Origin: Nostoc sp. DedSLP01
Lineage (GTDB): Bacteria; Cyanobacteriota; Cyanobacteriia; Cyanobacteriales; Nostocaceae
Assembly: GCA_034530875.2 (NCBI GenBank)
Contig: JAVRCJ020000010.1
Coordinates: 96,001 to 160,000 of the forward strand
DNA: 64,000 bases
Reading direction: 5' to 3'
The notes beneath the pieces were generated by a model. That model did not search any database and was not told the origin of the DNA. It was given only the letters and a program-made list of their open reading frames with translations. A program made the position numbers and the translations under genes. Positions 61,056-64,000 of this stretch are shown here, one piece after another (the first letter of the stretch is position 1; each line of letters opens with the position of its first letter).

Positions 61056-64000
61056 TTAGTTACCTAAAAAAGCTTCTACTTCTTCATCGGATAATTCTTC
61101 TATTTTTTCTAGTAGAAGTTGCTCTATTATTTCTGCTTGTTTGGCTGGTATCATAGCTTGCGATAAAAGGTCGCGCAAAGCTAAATCTATAGGGAATTTC
61201 GCTCTCAATCTAGAAACTAATTGAGTAGCAATGAGAGAGTCTCCTCCTAATTCATAAAAGTTGTCGTAAATACCAACTTCTGTAATTCCAAGTACCTCTT
61301 GCCAGATTTCTGTAATTTGTTTCTCTAACTCATTTGTAGGAGCAATATATGAATTAGTCAGTTGCGGTCTAGAATAGCGTGGCGATGAATCTAATTGATT
61401 AACTGATTTTGGATTTGCTAAATAATCAAGATAAAATACATAATTTTGCTCAGCTTTATTATCCCCCGTAGAAACAACAATTTTGGTTGGTTGTTCTAAA
61501 GATAATATTTTTTTTAAAGCTTCTATAGCTTCTACTGGAGTAATGCCTAATTCTACGTTGCCTACTTGTTCTAAGGTTTTTGACTCTGGCGTGAAATCTG
61601 ATGTTGCTAATTTAGTATTTAAAGAAACCGATGAAGATTTAGGATCGATCCAGTATCTTTGTCGTTCAAAAGGATAGGTAGGTAACGGTAAACGATGACG
61701 CTGTTCGTGGCTATAAAATCCTGACCAATCTATATTTACACCAAAAAGCCACAACTTACCTAATGTTTCTAGCAAAAAGCTCACATCGGATTTTTGTTCT
61801 TGCACGTGAGGTAAAGAAGTCAATACATTTTGTTTAGCATTGATATCTAAATGTTGTTTGGTTAATGTGCTTAAAGTTCGTCCCGGCCCTACTTCTAAAA
61901 AAACACCTTCAAACTGCTTTAATAGTTGAGCTATGCCATCGGAAAATTTCACAGTTTGTCGTAAATGTTGGCTCCAATAATTAGGATTTGTGGCTTGCGT
62001 GTCTGTAATCCAATTACCAGTTACGTTGGAAATAAAGGGTATGCGTGGTGAATTCAGTTTCATTTTTTGCAAAAATCGCTCAAATTCCTCTAAGATTGGC
62101 GACATCATTTGAGAATGGAATGCATGGGATGTATGCAACAAACGACATTCAATTCCTTGAGAGGATAATTGGTTTTCTAGCGTGGCGATCGCTTCTTTTG
62201 TTCCTGAGACTACGCATGAAGTTGGGCTGTTAATTGCAGTGATTTCTACAGAGTTGGAAATTAGCGATCGCACTTCTTTTTCTGGAAGCCTAATTGCTAG
62301 CATATTCCCTGGCGGTAACTGTTGCATCAACTGTCCCCTTTTTGCCACTATAAATAGGGCATCTTCAATGGAAAATACACCTGCGATCGCCGCTGCAACA
62401 TATTCTCCGATGCTGTGACCAATCATCGCCGCAGGTAGCACACCCCATGACATCAATAACTTAGCCAAGGCGTACTCAATTACAAATAATGCTGGCTGAG
62501 TGAAGGCTGTTTGTTGGAGTTTTTCGTTAGCTGCAGTAATTTCTTGTGATTTTGGAAACAGTAAATCGCGGATATCAAGACCAAGGTGAGGTTGTAAAAT
62601 ATCGGCGCAAGTATCGACATGTTTGCGAAATGTTGCTTCGACTTCGTAGAGTTCCCGACCCATGTTTGTATATTGCGATCCTTGCCCGGAAAACATGAAA
62701 ACGACAGGCTGTTCTCTATACTCCTGGTATATAGTAAAAGTCCGTTCTTGCTGCTGTGTTTCTAATATATTGACAGCATCTCCAACATTTTGGCACACAA
62801 ACATCCGGCGATGGTTGAAAGCTCTACGACCAACTTGTAAAGTATGAGCAACATTAGCTAAATTTACTTCTAACTTTTGTTTAAAAAACTCCAACAAATT
62901 TGCAGTTGCGCTTTCTAAGGCTGTGCTAGTTTTTGCTGACAATAATATTAATTGCCAAGGTCTAGATTTATTGGAATATGTAACTTCAGGTGCTTCTTCC
63001 AGAATTACATGGGCGTTAGTTCCACCAAATCCTAAGGAACTAATTCCTGCTCTCCGGGGAGTATTGTTAGTTTTCCAATCAGTAAGTTTGGTATTAACGT
63101 AAAAAGGACTATTTTCAAAATCAATTTCCGGATTGGGAACTTCAAAATTGATGCTAGGAGGTAGTTTTTTATATTTTAATGCTTGTACAGTTTTGATTAG
63201 ACTTGCTATGCCAGCAGCTATGTCTAAATGTCCGATATTTGGTTTGACTGAACCGATAGCGCAGAAGCCATTTCTTGATGTAAAAGCACGAAAAGCCTTA
63301 GTCAACGCTGCAATTTCCACCGGATCTCCGGCAGCGGTTCCCGTTCCATGAGTTTCTATATAAGAAATATCGTCAGCATCTATTCCAGAATTTGCTAAAG
63401 CTTCTACAATAACTTCAGCCTGACCATTTACACTAGGTGCGGTATAGCTAACTTTTAAAGAGCCATCATTATTAATTGCTGAACCTTTAACAACTGCATG
63501 AATATAATCTCTATCTGCTATGGCATCTTCTAATCTTTTTAATACAACTATTCCCAGTCCGCTGCCAAAAAGAGTACCCTGTGCTTTAGCATCGAAGGCT
63601 CTACAATGACCATCAGGAGATAAAATTCCATCCTGTTCGTAGTAATAACCTGACTTTTGTGGAACGATAATTGTAACTCCACCAGCTAATGCAATATCAC
63701 ACTCTTCATCAAGTAAACTTTTGCAAGCTAAGTGTAAGGCAACTAATGAAGTAGAACAGTAAGTCTGAACTCCTATACTTGGCCCTTTTAAATTTAATTT
63801 ATATGAAACATTTGTGGTTAAAAAATCTTTATTAAAAGTATAGTTGTTAGAAATAACCCTAGAATTAACGTTATTATATATATTATTAAAAAAGTAAGTA
63901 TTAGTGCTGACACCACCATAAACACCAATCAACCCATTGTATGTTTCTGGGTCATATCCAGCGTTCTCTAGAGCTTCCCAAGCACATTCTATAAATAGAC
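61056..64000 (-). CDS. Hybrid-type PKS module KS-AT-ACP (5' end outside window)
   Basis: The frame continues to the window end (..[26 protein letters not shown]-following KS type). TYCSTS, HGTGT, GHSIG, HAFH, GGDSL. Confidence 0.95.
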   Translation of the reverse strand, partial: LFIECAWEALENAGYDPETYNGLIGVYGGVSTNTYFFNNIYNNVNSRVISNNYTFNKDFLTTNVSYKLNLKGPSIGVQTYCSTSLVALHLACKSLLDEECDIALAGGVTIIVPQKSGYYYEQDGILSPDGHCRAFDAKAQGTLFGSGLGIVVLKRLEDAIADRDYIHAVVKGSAINNDGSLKVSYTAPSVNGQAEVIVEALANSGIDADDISYIETHGTGTAAGDPVEIAALTKAFRAFTSRNGFCAIGSVKPNIGHLDIAAGIASLIKTVQALKYKKLPPSINFEVPNPEIDFENSPFYVNTKLTDWKTNNTPRRAGISSLGFGGTNAHVILEEAPEVTYSNKSRPWQLILLSAKTSTALESATANLLEFFKQKLEVNLANVAHTLQVGRRAFNHRRMFVCQNVGDAVNILETQQQERTFTIYQEYREQPVVFMFSGQGSQYTNMGRELYEVEATFRKHVDTCADILQPHLGLDIRDLLFPKSQEITAANEKLQQTAFTQPALFVIEYALAKLLMSWGVLPAAMIGHSIGEYVAAAIAGVFSIEDALFIVAKRGQLMQQLPPGNMLAIRLPEKEVRSLISNSVEITAINSPTSCVVSGTKEAIATLENQLSSQGIECRLLHTSHAFHSQMMSPILEEFERFLQKMKLNSPRIPFISNVTGNWITDTQATNPNYWSQHLRQTVKFSDGIAQLLKQFEGVFLEVGPGRTLSTLTKQHLDINAKQNVLTSLPHVQEQKSDVSFLLETLGKLWLFGVNIDWSGFYSHEQRHRLPLPTYPFERQRYWIDPKSSSVSLNTKLATSDFTPESKTLEQVGNVELGITPVEAIEALKKILSLEQPTKIVVSTGDNKAEQNYVFYLDYLANPKSVNQLDSSPRYSRPQLTNSYIAPTNELEKQITEIWQEVLGITEVGIYDNFYELGGDSLIATQLVSRLRAKFPIDLALRDLLSQAMIPAKQAEIIEQLLLEKIEELSDEEVEAFLGN

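Noticed and set aside
1..64000. Frequent GCGATCGC palindromes; rRNA, tRNA or CRISPR
   Set aside because: GCGATCGC is the well-known cyanobacterial HIP1. No RNA genes or CRISPR arrays were recognisable.

Overview
AT-rich DNA from a filamentous, Nostoc-like cyanobacterium, judged by frequent HIP1 GCGATCGC sites, heptamer STRR repeats and MITE-like intergenic elements. (1) 1-~34 kb, mostly minus strand: a halogenated-lipid PKS cluster. Order: FAAL, ACP, CylC-type dimetal halogenase, PKS KS-AT-KR-ACP, PKS KS-AT-DH-ER-KR-ACP, and an AT-less non-elongating KS0-ACP. There is no thioesterase, type III PKS or NRPS. Next come a docking-domain + class II aldolase-like protein, an SDR, a UbiA/DPPR-synthase-like transferase, a HAD phosphatase and a methyltransferase. 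Last is a >1237 aa protein missing from the ORF track, with two tandem CylK/BrtB-like alkylase units joined by three cadherin repeats. Nearby are a secreted hypothetical protein, a YghO/bCerS-like GNAT and an orphan devC. (2) 34-48 kb: nadR-pnuC, two modA paralogues (one PEP-CTERM-tagged), a WcaI-like GT4, two paralogous secreted proteins, gene remnants, lnt and gyrA. (3) 48-64 kb: the 3' end of a hybrid NRPS/PKS cluster (PKS, MT, NRPS C-A-T-TE, two P450s, two SDRs, sucrase-ferredoxin, MATE, MbtH), where several catalytic motifs are atypical. The best candidate for an undescribed system is cluster (1). All family calls come from motif recognition by eye; no database searches were run.
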